DNA of 64,000 nt from Macrostomum lignano. Lineage: Eukaryota. Below are positions 1 to 11,439 of this stretch, in pieces. Position 1 is the stretch's first letter; the number at the start of each line of letters is the position of its first letter. The stretch lies in assembly GCA_002269645.1 (NCBI GenBank), contig NIVC01001548.1:206739-270738 (forward strand), in the 5' to 3' direction. Position numbers and translations under genes: made by a program. The notes below the pieces were generated by a model that ran no database searches, was not told the DNA's origin, and saw nothing but the letters and a program-made list of their open reading frames with translations.

Positions 1-91
1 GAAATTGCTGCAGGATGCTCGGTCGGGTGTGTGGGGACTCGCGCTGTTATACTAATATTCCAATTCATCGTTTAAGAGAGGCCCTGGAGAT

Positions 92-482
92 GCAGGTTCA
101 GGAACTGCCTGAGACAGGTTCAGGAACTGCCTGAGGCAGCAGGAAGGCAGGTTCAGGAACTGCCTGAGGCAGCAGGAAGGCAGGTTCAGGAACTGCCTGA
201 GGCAGCGGGAAGGCAGGTTCAGGAACTGCCTGAGGCAGCAGGAAGGCAGGTTCAGGAACTGCCTGAGGCAGCGGGAAGGCAGGTTCAGGAACTGCCTGAG
301 GCAGCGGGAAGGCAGGTTCAGGAACTGCCTGAGGCAGCGGGAAGGCAGGTTCAGGAACTGCCTGAGGCAGCGGGAAGGCAGGTTCAGGAACTGCCTGAGG
401 CAGCAGGAAGGCAGGTTCAGGAACTGCCTGAGGCAGCGGGAAGGCAGGTTCAGGAACTGCCTGAGGCAGCGGGAAGGCAGGT
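92..482. repeat. 33-bp minisatellite (gcaggttcaggaactgcctgaggcagcrggaag), ~12 copies
   Basis: Tandem units read directly; source of the PEPAFPLPQAV ORF artefact. Confidence 0.95.
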
Positions 483-749
483 CGATGGAACAAAAATTTA
501 GTCAATAATTTTAGTATATGAAATGGTTGCTTCTGAAACTTCCTGTCTAAAAAGCAAAAGCTGGTTGAATATCTCTTCCAGAGCTGCAACAGACTGCCAT
601 TGCCAAAGGAACTTCACTCGGCGCATTCTTTAAAGTGCTCACCGAAATTTCTGGACCTTGTTAGTAGCGTTTCTTGATTTTAGCACCATAATCAATTTTT
701 TGATAATCAAATCTTGAGTTTTCACCTTCATCCGCCCTCTCCTAGTGCA

Positions 750-948
750 TTAGCCCAGCCTCCATCCGCTCTCTCCCCAGTGCACCAGCCTCCATCCGCT
801 CTCTCCCCAGTGCACCAGCCTCCATCCGCTCTCTCCCCAGTGCACCAGCCTCCATCCGCTCTCTCCCCAGTGCACCAGCCTCCACCCGCTCTCTCCCCAG
901 TGCACCAGCCTCCACCCGCTCTCTCCCCAGTGCACCAGCCTCCATCCG
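750..948. repeat. 30-bp minisatellite (tgcaccagcctccatccgctctctccccag), ~6.5 copies
   Basis: Tandem units read directly. Confidence 0.95.
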
Positions 949-1278
949 CCACCCGCAGTCGCCTGGGACTCCGCCGACTGCCGCATCGCGAATCCGCGCC
1001 ACAGTCGGCCCAGTCAGCCGCAGTCAAAGACGGAACGCGAGACGGTCAGCTTCCAGGTGCTGTGCCGCGGCTACCTTCTTGTTGTGGAAGTCACCGACGG
1101 CGACGCTGACGCAGCCTCGGCGTCAGTGAGCTGCGACCCGAACTTGCCGGAGCTGCGGCAGCTCTGGCCGCGCCTGGCTGAGCAAGCGGCCGCCTGCGGC
1201 ACCGATGCCGCCGCCGCGGCCGCTGGCATTCGGAAACTGATGACGGAGCTGGCGGAGAATCTCGCGTCTGCTTACTGA
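931..1278 (+). CDS. Probable terminal exon of an unidentified gene starting upstream of the window
   Basis: GC-rich open frame (...SFQVLCRGYLLVVEVTDG...ELAENLASAY*) after acceptor-like sites (cag at 930 or 1056), followed by AT-rich 3' UTR-like sequence; no family recognised. Confidence 0.35.
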   Translation, partial: CTSLHPPPAVAWDSADCRIANPRHSRPSQPQSKTERETVSFQVLCRGYLLVVEVTDGDADAASASVSCDPNLPELRQLWPRLAEQAAACGTDAAAAAAGIRKLMTELAENLASAY

Positions 1279-1715
1279 GTAGCCTGCAGTGCGCGCGCAC
1301 TAATGCGAGTCATTTATAGTCAGCCTGTAAAGCTTACAGTATTTTTGTTTAACTCGCGCATTTACGTTTGTATGTAGTCTACTGCTAAATTAAATTTAAA
1401 CATTCAATTTAAGGATGTTATGCATCTACGCTATAAAGCTTTGAAGTAACTATTGGTTTAGCTAGTTTTTGTCTCGATCCATTTAATTATTATTGTACTG
1501 CAGCGAATCGAAAAGAAAGTTTTTTAAAAGCCGGTCTGTCGATTCACAGTTAAAATTCCGAAGTTACTATAGCTACTTCAAGTAGCATACAATTCTTTGT
1601 TTCTATTTACACCTGCTTACAGCGTCATTCGTCCTGGCTGGCCTTTTAAAGTCACTGACACCTTTTTACGATTGCTCTCGGACCCCTTCTGGACACTCTG
1701 TCACTCTTCGATCTA

Positions 1716-2215
1716 CTGGGTCACTCCGGCACCATCCCAGATCTTCCATGTCACTCCGTCACCATCCCAGATCTCCCATGTCACTCCGTCACCATCCCAG
1801 ATCTTCCATGTCACTCCGTCACCATCCCAGATCTCCCATGTCACTCCGTCACCATCCCAGATCTTCCATGTCACTCTGTCACCCGCTCAGATCTCCCATG
1901 TCACTCCGTTACCCTCTCAGATCTCCCATGTCACTCCTTCACCATCTCAGATCTTCAATGTCACTCCGTCACCATCTCAGATCTTCAATGTCACTCCGCC
2001 ACCATCCTAGATCTTCAATGTCACTCCGTCACCATCCCAGATCTTCCATGTCACTCCGTCACCATCCTAGATCTTCCATGTCACTCCGTCACCATCCTAG
2101 ATCTTCCATGTCACTCCGTCACCATCCCAGATCTCCCATGTCACTCCGTCACCCTCTCAGATCTCCCATGTCACTCCGTCACCCTCTCAGATCTTCAATG
2201 TCACTCCCTCACCCT
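1716..2215. repeat. 30-bp minisatellite (ccatgtcactccgtcaccatcccagatctt), ~16 copies
   Basis: Tandem units read directly. Confidence 0.95.
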
Positions 2216-2412
2216 CAGAGCTCGCAGGTCACTCTTTCAGTCATCAATCCTTGCCCCATTTATTCATGTGTGGGTAGCAAAGAATTCTCAGAGCAGAAAA
2301 AGCAGCAATCGAAGCGGCTGTACCTGCAGACCGGTCCTGGGACCGGTTAGGCCAGGGGGCTGGGACAGTTGCTTAATCGCGTCCGCTTGTTCTCAAATTT
2401 GATGACGCGTGC

Positions 2413-2413
<1 letters not shown>

Positions 2414-2447
<34 letters not shown>
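2414..2447. repeat. (CTG)11 microsatellite upstream of the OSBP start
   Basis: Read directly. Confidence 0.9.
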
Positions 2448-2449
<2 letters not shown>

Positions 2450-2762
2450 GATGCAGCCTATTCTGTCCCTCAGTTCCAGCCTCCCCGCACGCGCTGAGCA
2501 AATCAAATTCTTTCTCCTACACTTGCCCTCAGCGGCCCTGCTGCCAAGTCTCGCCTTGCATCCCGTCCTCCCATTGTATAAATACGGAGCGAGTCTGCCT
2601 CCGCACCGCAGCTGCTTGTTCAACTCTGCAGCTGCGCCGCCTAAGTTTGCTGGCAATGAACTCACAGCTGGCCTCGCGTTCTCTCTGCTAACTGTGAGAG
2701 GCCACGGCCACCCGTTGTCTTGCGCGCCAATTCCTAATCTGCTTTCACTGCTTGCCGCTCGC

Positions 2763-5700
2763 ATGGCGGACGAGGAGAACGGTGAGCAGACCGAAGCGAC
2801 CGCCTCCTCCGCTGTCAATGGATACCGGTGAGCCGCAGCTTTCTGCAGTCAGCGCAATGGGCAGAATCGCCTCACCGCTGGTTTTGGACGATGTCGCCGA
2901 AGGCGTTGCGCCAGGGTGCGCGCAGCCCTCCTTAGCTCGTAGTAGCAAAACTCTCCTCGAAATGTGCTCTCGGGTCTCTCTTAGCCGGTTTTCACAACTC
3001 TGCAATAGTCTGACGAGGCCTTAAAAAACTAATTGAAGTTACACAGACTGTCAACTGAATCGTATCAAGCTTGAGCAGTCTCCCGGCTCTCTGTTCCTCG
3101 GTTAGGAAATTTTTCCTCTTCGTTTCAGCCGGCCCGATCGAAGGCCCGCCCAGCCATCTGCCTGAGTCCTCATTATTTCCTAAGCGTGCCTTTTCTGCTT
3201 GCAGTCTGCGCTTCGTGCCGCTCCGATCATTAGCTTGGGGCTCCTGAGGCCTGGCTGCCCACCTGCGCCTGCACCGTGCACTTTTGATGAGCCCCCATTG
3301 CCTAGCTATGCACAGCTGGACGATTTGAAACTCTGCTTTATCATTAATAGTCCTTGGCGATGCCTCAAGGACATCAAAACTGACTGGCCAACATCCTTGC
3401 CCCGTTTTCCATGACACAGCTGCCAGCTGCCCGCTGAGATGCCCTCCAGAGCTGAGTTCAACGTGTGGAGCATCCTGAAAAACTGCATTGGCAAGGTAAA
3501 GTTGAGCAGACCTGGCGCCTAGCGGAATTTTTTATTTACGCGCGTACCCTCGTTAATTACGAGCGCGAGATAAACAGTATTTACCCTAGAACCAACAGGC
3601 CTACTATATTGTTCCTAAATTCAAAGTATTAAAATGAAATTCTTTGAAATGGTTCATTTTTCAAGTCCTGAAAGGGCTGGTTGGAAACGTGTCTGTAACT
3701 CTTGAAAGACGATTCCGCTTGGGCTTGTCGTGGGGTTCACGCTCGTGAGGGTCAACAGCACAATAGTGTACATGCCTGGTGATGAGAAAGTCAGGGAAAG
3801 TTAGGAATGTCAGGAAAGTCAGAAAGTCAGAAAGTCAGGAATGTCAGGAGAGTCAGGAATGTCAGGAATATCAGGAAAGTGAGGAATGTCAGGAAAGTTA
3901 GGAATGTCAGGAAAGTCAGGAATGAGCCTCGCTTCATCATCCCCTCGATTTCAAACTTTTCCGAGCAAATCGCTTAAAAACTCCACTGAGAGTCTTGAAC
4001 GCTGCTGGACAGCCAATCGTAGTAGCATTTTTGCCTGAGAAAGTCGAGCAGAAGCTGCTCTGCCGGCCCTCCTGCTGCTAAATTAACTTTCCATCGGCAG
4101 TCCGGCCCAGCGCCCTATTTAGATAGAGAGATTTGAGTCCCCCTGCCTGCCCTCTATTTCCCTGCTTCAGTCCGTCACGCCCGGGCACTCTGCACTGCTG
4201 CCGGCCGTCTCCTCTGTTCGTGTAATTTGCCCCCCCCAGCACTTGCGCGCACCCGGCCGGCCACTAATTGCCCCGCCCGCGAAATTCCCCACCCCGCCCT
4301 CCAGCCCGTCCAGCTTCTCTCCTCCACCTCCTCTGAGCTGCGCTCGGACTTCAATCGCTGAGCCGGAACCGCGGGAAACTGCCGAGGTCACTGGCCATGC
4401 TGAGCACTATAGGTAGCGAAATTCCTGGGGAATTAATTCAAGCCGCGCAAAAAGGATCGATCCAGCCTCTCTGGCCCTCATCGATCTCAGGCTGAGGCCA
4501 TTGCAAATTTTGGCCCCCAATTCTTCCCCAATATTTCTCTTAGCACCCTTGGGGACGCAGGCGCCGTTGCCAGGGGAAATCTCCTTCCCTGTCGGCTGCG
4601 CTAATCTCACTTCCAAGTCGCCCACAGGATCCTTGAATCAGCTGTCGAAGGAGAGCGAGTTGTACTTTTGTAGCCCGCCTGCTATTGGCTGCTTATGCGG
4701 AAAGGAACTTCTTTGTACTCGCATGCAGGAAGCGATCCAACGCACACCCAGTCTTATGGGCTTGTAGTCTGGCGGGACCGAGGTTCGATTCCGTTCGATT
4801 CTATAGGGGCATTGAGGGCCCATTGCCAGTGTGCACTGCCCGTCGATGAGAGAGTTGAAAAGGCCCACGTCCCGATTCGAACCCGCGACCTTCCCCTTCC
4901 CCCGTGCTCGCAGGAGCTGACCAAAATCGCCATGCCGGTGAACTTCAACGAGCCGCTGTCGTTTCTGCAGCGAATCTGCGAGTACCTGGAGTACTCGGAG
5001 CTGCTGTTCCAGGCTGAGCAGTGCGACTGCCCGACTGAGAGGCTGGAAGTAAGTTGGCTAATTGTGCTCAGGTTTTCATTGGGCAACTTGAAGCTGGAAG
5101 ATTGCGCCTTCTGAGCCGCCGCTGCACCTCCCGCAGCTCATTGCAGCATTCGCTGTGTCGGCCGTCTCCTCGAACTGGGACCGCCTGGGAAAGCCGTTCA
5201 ACCCGCTGATGGGAGAGACCTATGAATTGGACAGGTGAGACTTGACAGGGTTAAGGATCTAGTGTGCTCTGTGCCTGGTTTTTGTGTCCCTTGGTTCGAT
5301 TCACTGTACTCCTACTGGTCCTTGGTTTGATTCACTGTACTCCTATTCGGTCCTTGGTTCGATTCACTGTACTCCTACTGGTCCTTGGTTCGATTCACTG
5401 TACTCCTATTCGGTCCTTGGTTCGATTCACTGTACTCCTACTGGTCCTTGGTTCGATTCACTGTACTCCTATTCGGTCCTTGGTTCGATTCACTGTACTC
5501 CTACTGGTCCTTGGTTCGATTCACTGTACTCCTATTCGGTCCTTGGTTCGATTCACTGTACTCCTACTGGTCCTTGGTTTGATTCACTGTACTCCTACTG
5601 GTCCTTGGTTTGATTCACTGTACTCCTACTGGTCCTTGATTTGATTCACTGTACTCCTACTGGTCCTTGGTTCGATTCACTGTACTCCTACTGGTCCTTG

Positions 5701-8700
5701 GTTTGATTCACTGTACTCCTACTGGTCCTTGGTTTGATTCACTGTACTCCTACTGGTCCTTGGTTCGATTCACTGTACTCCTACTGGTCCTTGGTTTGAT
5801 TCACTGTACTCCTACTGGTCCTTGGTTTGATTCACTGTACTCCTACTGGTCCTTGGTTTGATTCACTGTACTCCTACTGGTCCTTGGTTCGATTCACTGT
5901 ACTCCTACTGGTCCTTGGTTTGATTCACTGTACTCCTACTGGTCGTTGGTTCGATTCACTGTACTCCTACTGGTCCTTGGTTTGATTCACTGTACTCCTA
6001 CTGGTCCTTGGTTCGATTCACTGTACTCCTACTGGTCCTTGGTTTGATTCACTGTACTCCTACTGGTCCTTGGTTTGATTCACTGTACTCCTATTCGGTC
6101 CTTGGTTCGATTCACTGTACTTCTATTTGGTCCTTGGTTCGATTCCTTGTACTCCAACAGGTCCTTGGTTCGATTCCTTGTACTCCAACAGGTCCTTGGT
6201 TCGATTCCTTGTACTCCAACAGGTCCTTGGTTCGATTCCTTGTACTCCAACAGGTCCTTGGTTCGATTCCCTGTACTCCTATTTGGTCCTTGGTTCGATT
6301 CCCTATACTCCTACTGGTCCTTGGTTCGATTACCTGTAGTTCTAGAGGGTGAAGTACTTTTTTAGTCCTTTGTTTTTCACTACACTCACAGCGGTTTTTG
6401 GCCCGATCCGCGTTGCTCCCAGTGGTTAAATTGGTCTTTGGTCCGCGACACTGCCATGCCTTCCGCTATTGCCACAATCCATTTCACTGCAAAGCCAGTT
6501 TGGCAAGCGTTTCCCAGGGTGAATAAGCGCCAGTGCAGCGCCAGTGTAGTTGGACTGGACACCCGCCCTTCTGCAGCCGCTTCTAGCAATGCCTGAAACA
6601 GCTGCGATCCATGCAGCCTTGCAAGTGGGCAAGGCGAGAGGGCCAGGAAACTGGATTCTGCTTTTCCATCTCTCTCTCTCCCTCTCGTTCTCCATCAGTG
6701 CTCAGGTGAGTCCGATGAGGACAATGGAGTAGTTTTAGTCAGTTCGCTTCCCTGGCCTGGGCTCACTGTGTGCTCAGTGGAGAGCACCAACAACGGAACC
6801 TCCTGCAGCCTGCATGGCCTCTGGCCTCATCTTAATAGTGCTTCCTGCAGCCTCCTCCTGCCGCTTTGCCGCTTGCAAAGAGTGAATTAAAACGGCCCCT
6901 ATTTGATGGCAGGAGTACTGGTAGGTTGAAGTTGATTCAACCAGAATTCTAATAATATACATGTATGGGCTTGCATGTATTCGTATTATGCACCTTGTAT
7001 AAATAGCAGGAGAACTTTTGTGTGGGACTCAGGAGCTGTTGTTTGGTTTATGGCCATCTGGGACTGCTGCTGGTGCTGTGTTGGGGGGGGGGAATTGGAA
7101 TCGCATGCCTATTCAGTTTACTATAAATAAATTGATATGTTGGAGTTGGGAGAAAGCGCAGCATCCAAACTGCAGCCAAGTTGAACATGGCATGGGTGAC
7201 AGCTCAAGGTGAGAGGGACTGTCAAGAAGAGAAATGCGGGTTTAAGCAGCTATAGCCCTCTGTCTATCACTCCTAACCCTAGCCCTAGCTATAGCCCTCT
7301 GTCTATCACTAATAACCCTAGCCCTAGCTATAGCCCTCTTTCTATCACTCCTAACCCTAGCCCTAGCTATAGCCCTCTTTCTATCACTCCTAACCCTAGC
7401 CCTAGCTATAGCCCTCTGTCTATCACTCCTAACCCTAGCCCTAGCTATAGCCCTCTGTCTATCACTCCTAACCCTAGCCCTAGCCCTAGCCCTAGCTATA
7501 GCCCTCTATCACTCCTAAGCCTAGCCCTAGCTATAGCCCTCTGTCTATCACTCCTAACCCTAGCCCTAGCCCAAGCCGTAACTCTAGCCCTAGCCCTAGC
7601 CCTAGCCCTAGCCCTAGCCCTAGCCCTAGCCCTAGCCCTAGCCCTAGCCCTAGCCGCCCTAGCCCTGGCCATAGCCATAGCCATAGCCTTAGCCCTAGCC
7701 CTAGCTCTAGCCCTGCCGTAATTACTTTTAGCGCTCTGCATGAAGCGTAAATAAAGCGTAAAGCGCATGAAGCATGTTAGTCGTAAATTTCTGCCGCAGA
7801 GTGTTAACAAAATTTTTCCCAAACGCATTTACTGCTTTTGGTCTCTGAAAGATAGAGTGACGAAGCTGAAGAAAAAAAATTGACTTTTAGAGTGCTTTCC
7901 CGAGCCAGAGTCTTGAGCGCCGAGAGGCTCGTTGGAGAGCCGGAACCGCTTCAGTGCGATGCGCCTATCGGGAGGCCGGGTTTGCTGAACCGACTGGGTG
8001 AGCGGCTGCACCTTTGCTTTGCCGAGGCCCCCTGCTGGGCTAATGGCCCGCAGTGGATCAATAATTGATTGCTGGGGACTGGGAAAATGGAAGGAGGCCA
8101 TGCGGCGCTGATGGCGGAGAGAAACTGCAGCTGGGACCGCCGAACAGATGATGGCATGTCGTGCGCTCACTTTCTACGTACTGGCGCTTTGGAGAGAGCC
8201 CAGTTTCTAAGCCTCATCAACTTCATTCTCGCTCTCAGATCAAATGTCTCCTTTTCTCTATATTTCTGTCTCCCCAACCGGATAGAACAACGTGCTCATG
8301 CATGCATTTTGTTACAGTGCTTTAGTACAAGACCATTGTTCCTATGTACAAGACCATTGTTCCTATGTACAAGACCATTGTTCCTATGTACAAGACCATT
8401 GTTCCTATGTACAAGACCATTGTTACTATGTACAAGACCATTGTTCCTATGTACAAGACCATTGTTCCTATGTACAAGACCATTGTTCCTATGTACAAGA
8501 CCATTGTTCCTATGTACAAGACCCTTCCCAGTTTCTAGCACAGGATCATATGTGGACAGTCCGTTCTCCATGTAAGTTCTGTGGACCTGCAACCCTCAGA
8601 ACCCACGAGCAGGGTGGCGGCTTCCGGATGGTGTGCGAGCAGGTCTCTCACCACCCGCCAATCAGCGCCTTCCACGCCGAGTCCTCGGACAGCGCCTGGC

Positions 8701-9255
8701 GCTTCCACGGCAGCGTGACGCCCCGCCTCAGCTTCTGGGGAAAATCCGTGGAGGTCTGCCCGAAGGGCTGGGTGACGCTGGAGTTTCCCAGGCGCGGCGA
8801 GGTGTACACCTGGCAGAATGTGCAGTGCAAAATACACAACATCATCATTGGGAAGCTGTGGATTGAGCATGTAAGAAGGGACTGCACTTCTCGGAGGTGC
8901 TACATGTAGTGCACTTTAAATGCCGAGATGGGCCAAAGTGACTAATTAAAAATTTTTCACGCCCAACTGCAGTTCGGCGACATGACAATCACCTGCCACG
9001 GCAGCGGCCGCAAGGCTGAGCTCAGCTGGCACCCGGCATCCTGGCTCAGCCCCAGCCACCACCGGGTTGACGGCTACGTGTTCGATGAGGATGGCAGGAA
9101 AGTTCGGGCCTTGTACGGCAAGTGGCTTGACGCCATGTTCAGGTGAGCCTGTCTGCCTGTCTGCCTGCCTACCTGCCTGCCTGTCTGCCTTCCCGCCTGT
9201 CTGCCTGCCTGCCCGCCTGCCTGCCCGCCTGCCTACCTGCCTGCCCGCCTGCCTA

Positions 9256-9301
<46 letters not shown>

Positions 9302-9417
9302 TGCCTGCCTGCCTACCTGCCTGCCCGCCTGCCTGCCTGCCTGCCTACCTGCCTGCCCGCCTGCCTGCCTGCCTGCCTGTCTGCCCGCCTGTCTGCCTGC
9401 CTGCCTGCCTGCCCGCC

Positions 9418-9487
<70 letters not shown>

Positions 9488-10663
9488 ACTGTCTGTCTAT
9501 GTGGCTGTCTGCCTGTCTGCGTGTCATTCTCGCTAGACTCGCCACAGTAGGAGCGGTCCGCTGCGTGTGGAAACACTATGAGCGCCGCAGAGATGAAGAG
9601 TCGCTAAGAGCGGCAAACCAAAGCAGGAGCGGAGGCTGGGGGAGCTGCTTCCCGCTGCTCCATCCTCACTATTTAGCCAGCAGAAGCCGTGCAGGTGGCG
9701 GCTAGGCAATGAATTCAGCTGGGCCGGATTGAACCAGTTCGGGCTTTGAGAGGCGCCCCAGCACCGGCTGTCACCTGCTTTACCTGAGCTGGTCTGGGAG
9801 AGCTCAGCTTATAGATTAGCAAGCCCCCAGCGCGTGCTAATTCTCGAATCCATTCCGTTCCCGGGGATTCGGTTAGTCCATTACCCATATGAGTTTTGAC
9901 ATAGGGGGTGATCTGGAGAGACGGAAATAGAGAAGGCTGGGAGTGCAGCATGCTCGAATTCTAGCACCATCCACCTTAGTTCTACTTTAAGTAATGTGAA
10001 TGGCGGCTGAGAGAATTTGCCGCCCGGCTTTTCCATAGCCTGCCGGTGGAGGCCTGGAAGGAGCACAAGCGCAGCGGCGGCAGCCACCAATCGTCGCGTC
10101 GTCGCCACCATCAGCAGCGCGAAGTATCCTCATCGCCTCGCAACGGCAGCCCTAAGCTGCGCCCATCGAGTTTCATCGCCGCCAACAGCATCAGCAGCGG
10201 CTCAGCCGGCGACGAATCGCCGTCCAGGAAGGCAGCCAGCGACAGCGAGGACGGCCAGACGGGCCCGCCGAGTCGCGGGTCAGCGGCCGACCTGCGGCTG
10301 CCCGGCCAGCGGCTGCTCTGGCAGCTGGTGCAGCGGCCGCAGGGCTGCGAGCGCTACTACAGCTTCACCCGCTTCGCCATGCAGCTCAACGACTGCTCGG
10401 ACGCCGAACTGATGGCGCGCCTGCCGCCTACCGACGCTCGCCGGAAGCCTGACGTGCGCGCCCTCGAGGCCGGTGACCTTGCGCTGGCGCAGGCAGAGAA
10501 GTCGCGCCTAGAAGAGAAGCAGCGCCGGCGCCGCGCTCAGTCGGACTCCGACGGCGTCTGGTTCCGCAGGTGGCGGAACCCGCACACCGGCAAGGACGGC
10601 GACTGGCGCTTCACGGGCGAATACTGGGCGCGCGACTGGGCCCGCTGCCCGGATATTTACTGA
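2763..10663 (+). CDS. OSBPL2: Oxysterol-binding protein-related protein, ORP1/ORP2 type (ORD only, ~479 aa)
   Basis: Exons 2763-2827, 3420-3495, 4914-5048, 5137-5234, 8600-8870, 8973-9142, 10039-10663; all GT-AG with consistent phases. Motifs: [46 protein letters not shown] signature [36 protein letters not shown], terminal CPDIY. Confidence 0.92.
3788..3925. repeat. Degenerate 9-bp repeat (gtcaggaaw)n in OSBP intron 2
   Basis: Read directly. Confidence 0.8.
5287..6337. repeat. 31-32-bp minisatellite (ggtccttggttcgattcactgtactcctact), ~33 copies, OSBP intron 4
   Basis: Tandem units read directly; contains GGTTCGATTC(C). Confidence 0.95.
7248..7713. repeat. Telomere-like (CCCTAG)n / cctaaccctag compound repeat in OSBP intron 4
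   Basis: Runs of gcccta with interspersed cctaaccc. Confidence 0.9.
8324..8523. repeat. 21-bp minisatellite (tacaagaccattgttcctatg), ~9 copies
   Basis: Read directly. Confidence 0.95.
9147..9520. repeat. (CCTG)n/(TCTG)n compound microsatellite in OSBP intron 6
   Basis: Read directly. Confidence 0.95.
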
Positions 10664-11439
10664 GGCTGCAGTGCCGCCCCTCACCCCTGCTGGATTCCTA
10701 TTGGCCGCGGAGAAAACAGCCAATAGGAGCGGGTAGAGCCGTAGCGAAGTGAAGAAAGGGGAGTGAGGTGGGTGGTTGAGGCGGATAGGGATTGGCTTGG
10801 GTGCTTTAACAGGTTGTTAGTTGCGGTTGACCTGGCTTGAATACTTGTTGGCTATCTCCATACCATATTAGATGAATTCGGATGCATTCGAATGTACTTT
10901 ATGCTTGTACTGTGATGCCCAAATTCAGCTCGGAAACATTCACACAATCGCGTACTGTCACTTGCCAATTTACTATGGAAAAAATTCTCTCTGGAAAAAA
11001 CCAGACTTGATAATATTTTTAAATCCCCACTTTTCACACCCTGCGAATTTCTCTATTGTAGTGGCTCGCAGAAACAATAAATTTGACCTGCTTTCCGCAT
11101 TCCTCTACTTACCTCAGTAGCGTCTTGGTAATATCAATAATTGAAATGCAAAAATCACAATTAGATTGGAGCTGGATTGCGTATTTTTTAATCTATTTAT
11201 GTACCGGATCAAAGCGTAAATATTAAAGTCAACAAAATTCAGGATGCCTCTTGCCAAGTTTCTTATACACAAATACTGCACTGCTCAATAAATGATCATA
11301 AGAGACTAGCCATACTAGAAAATATATGTAAACCTGCAACACGGATAAAAATATATAGCATATTGTGAGCTCTGCTAGGCATGATCGACAGGCTGTTTGC
11401 ATTGATAACTGAGGAATAAAGCAGACAAAATCCCAATCG

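Noticed and set aside
10696-10728. 10-bp stem hairpin (tcctattggc/gccaatagga) just after the OSBP TGA, possible SECIS
   Set aside because: Lacks the AUGA/GA quartet, and CPDIY is the normal family C-terminus
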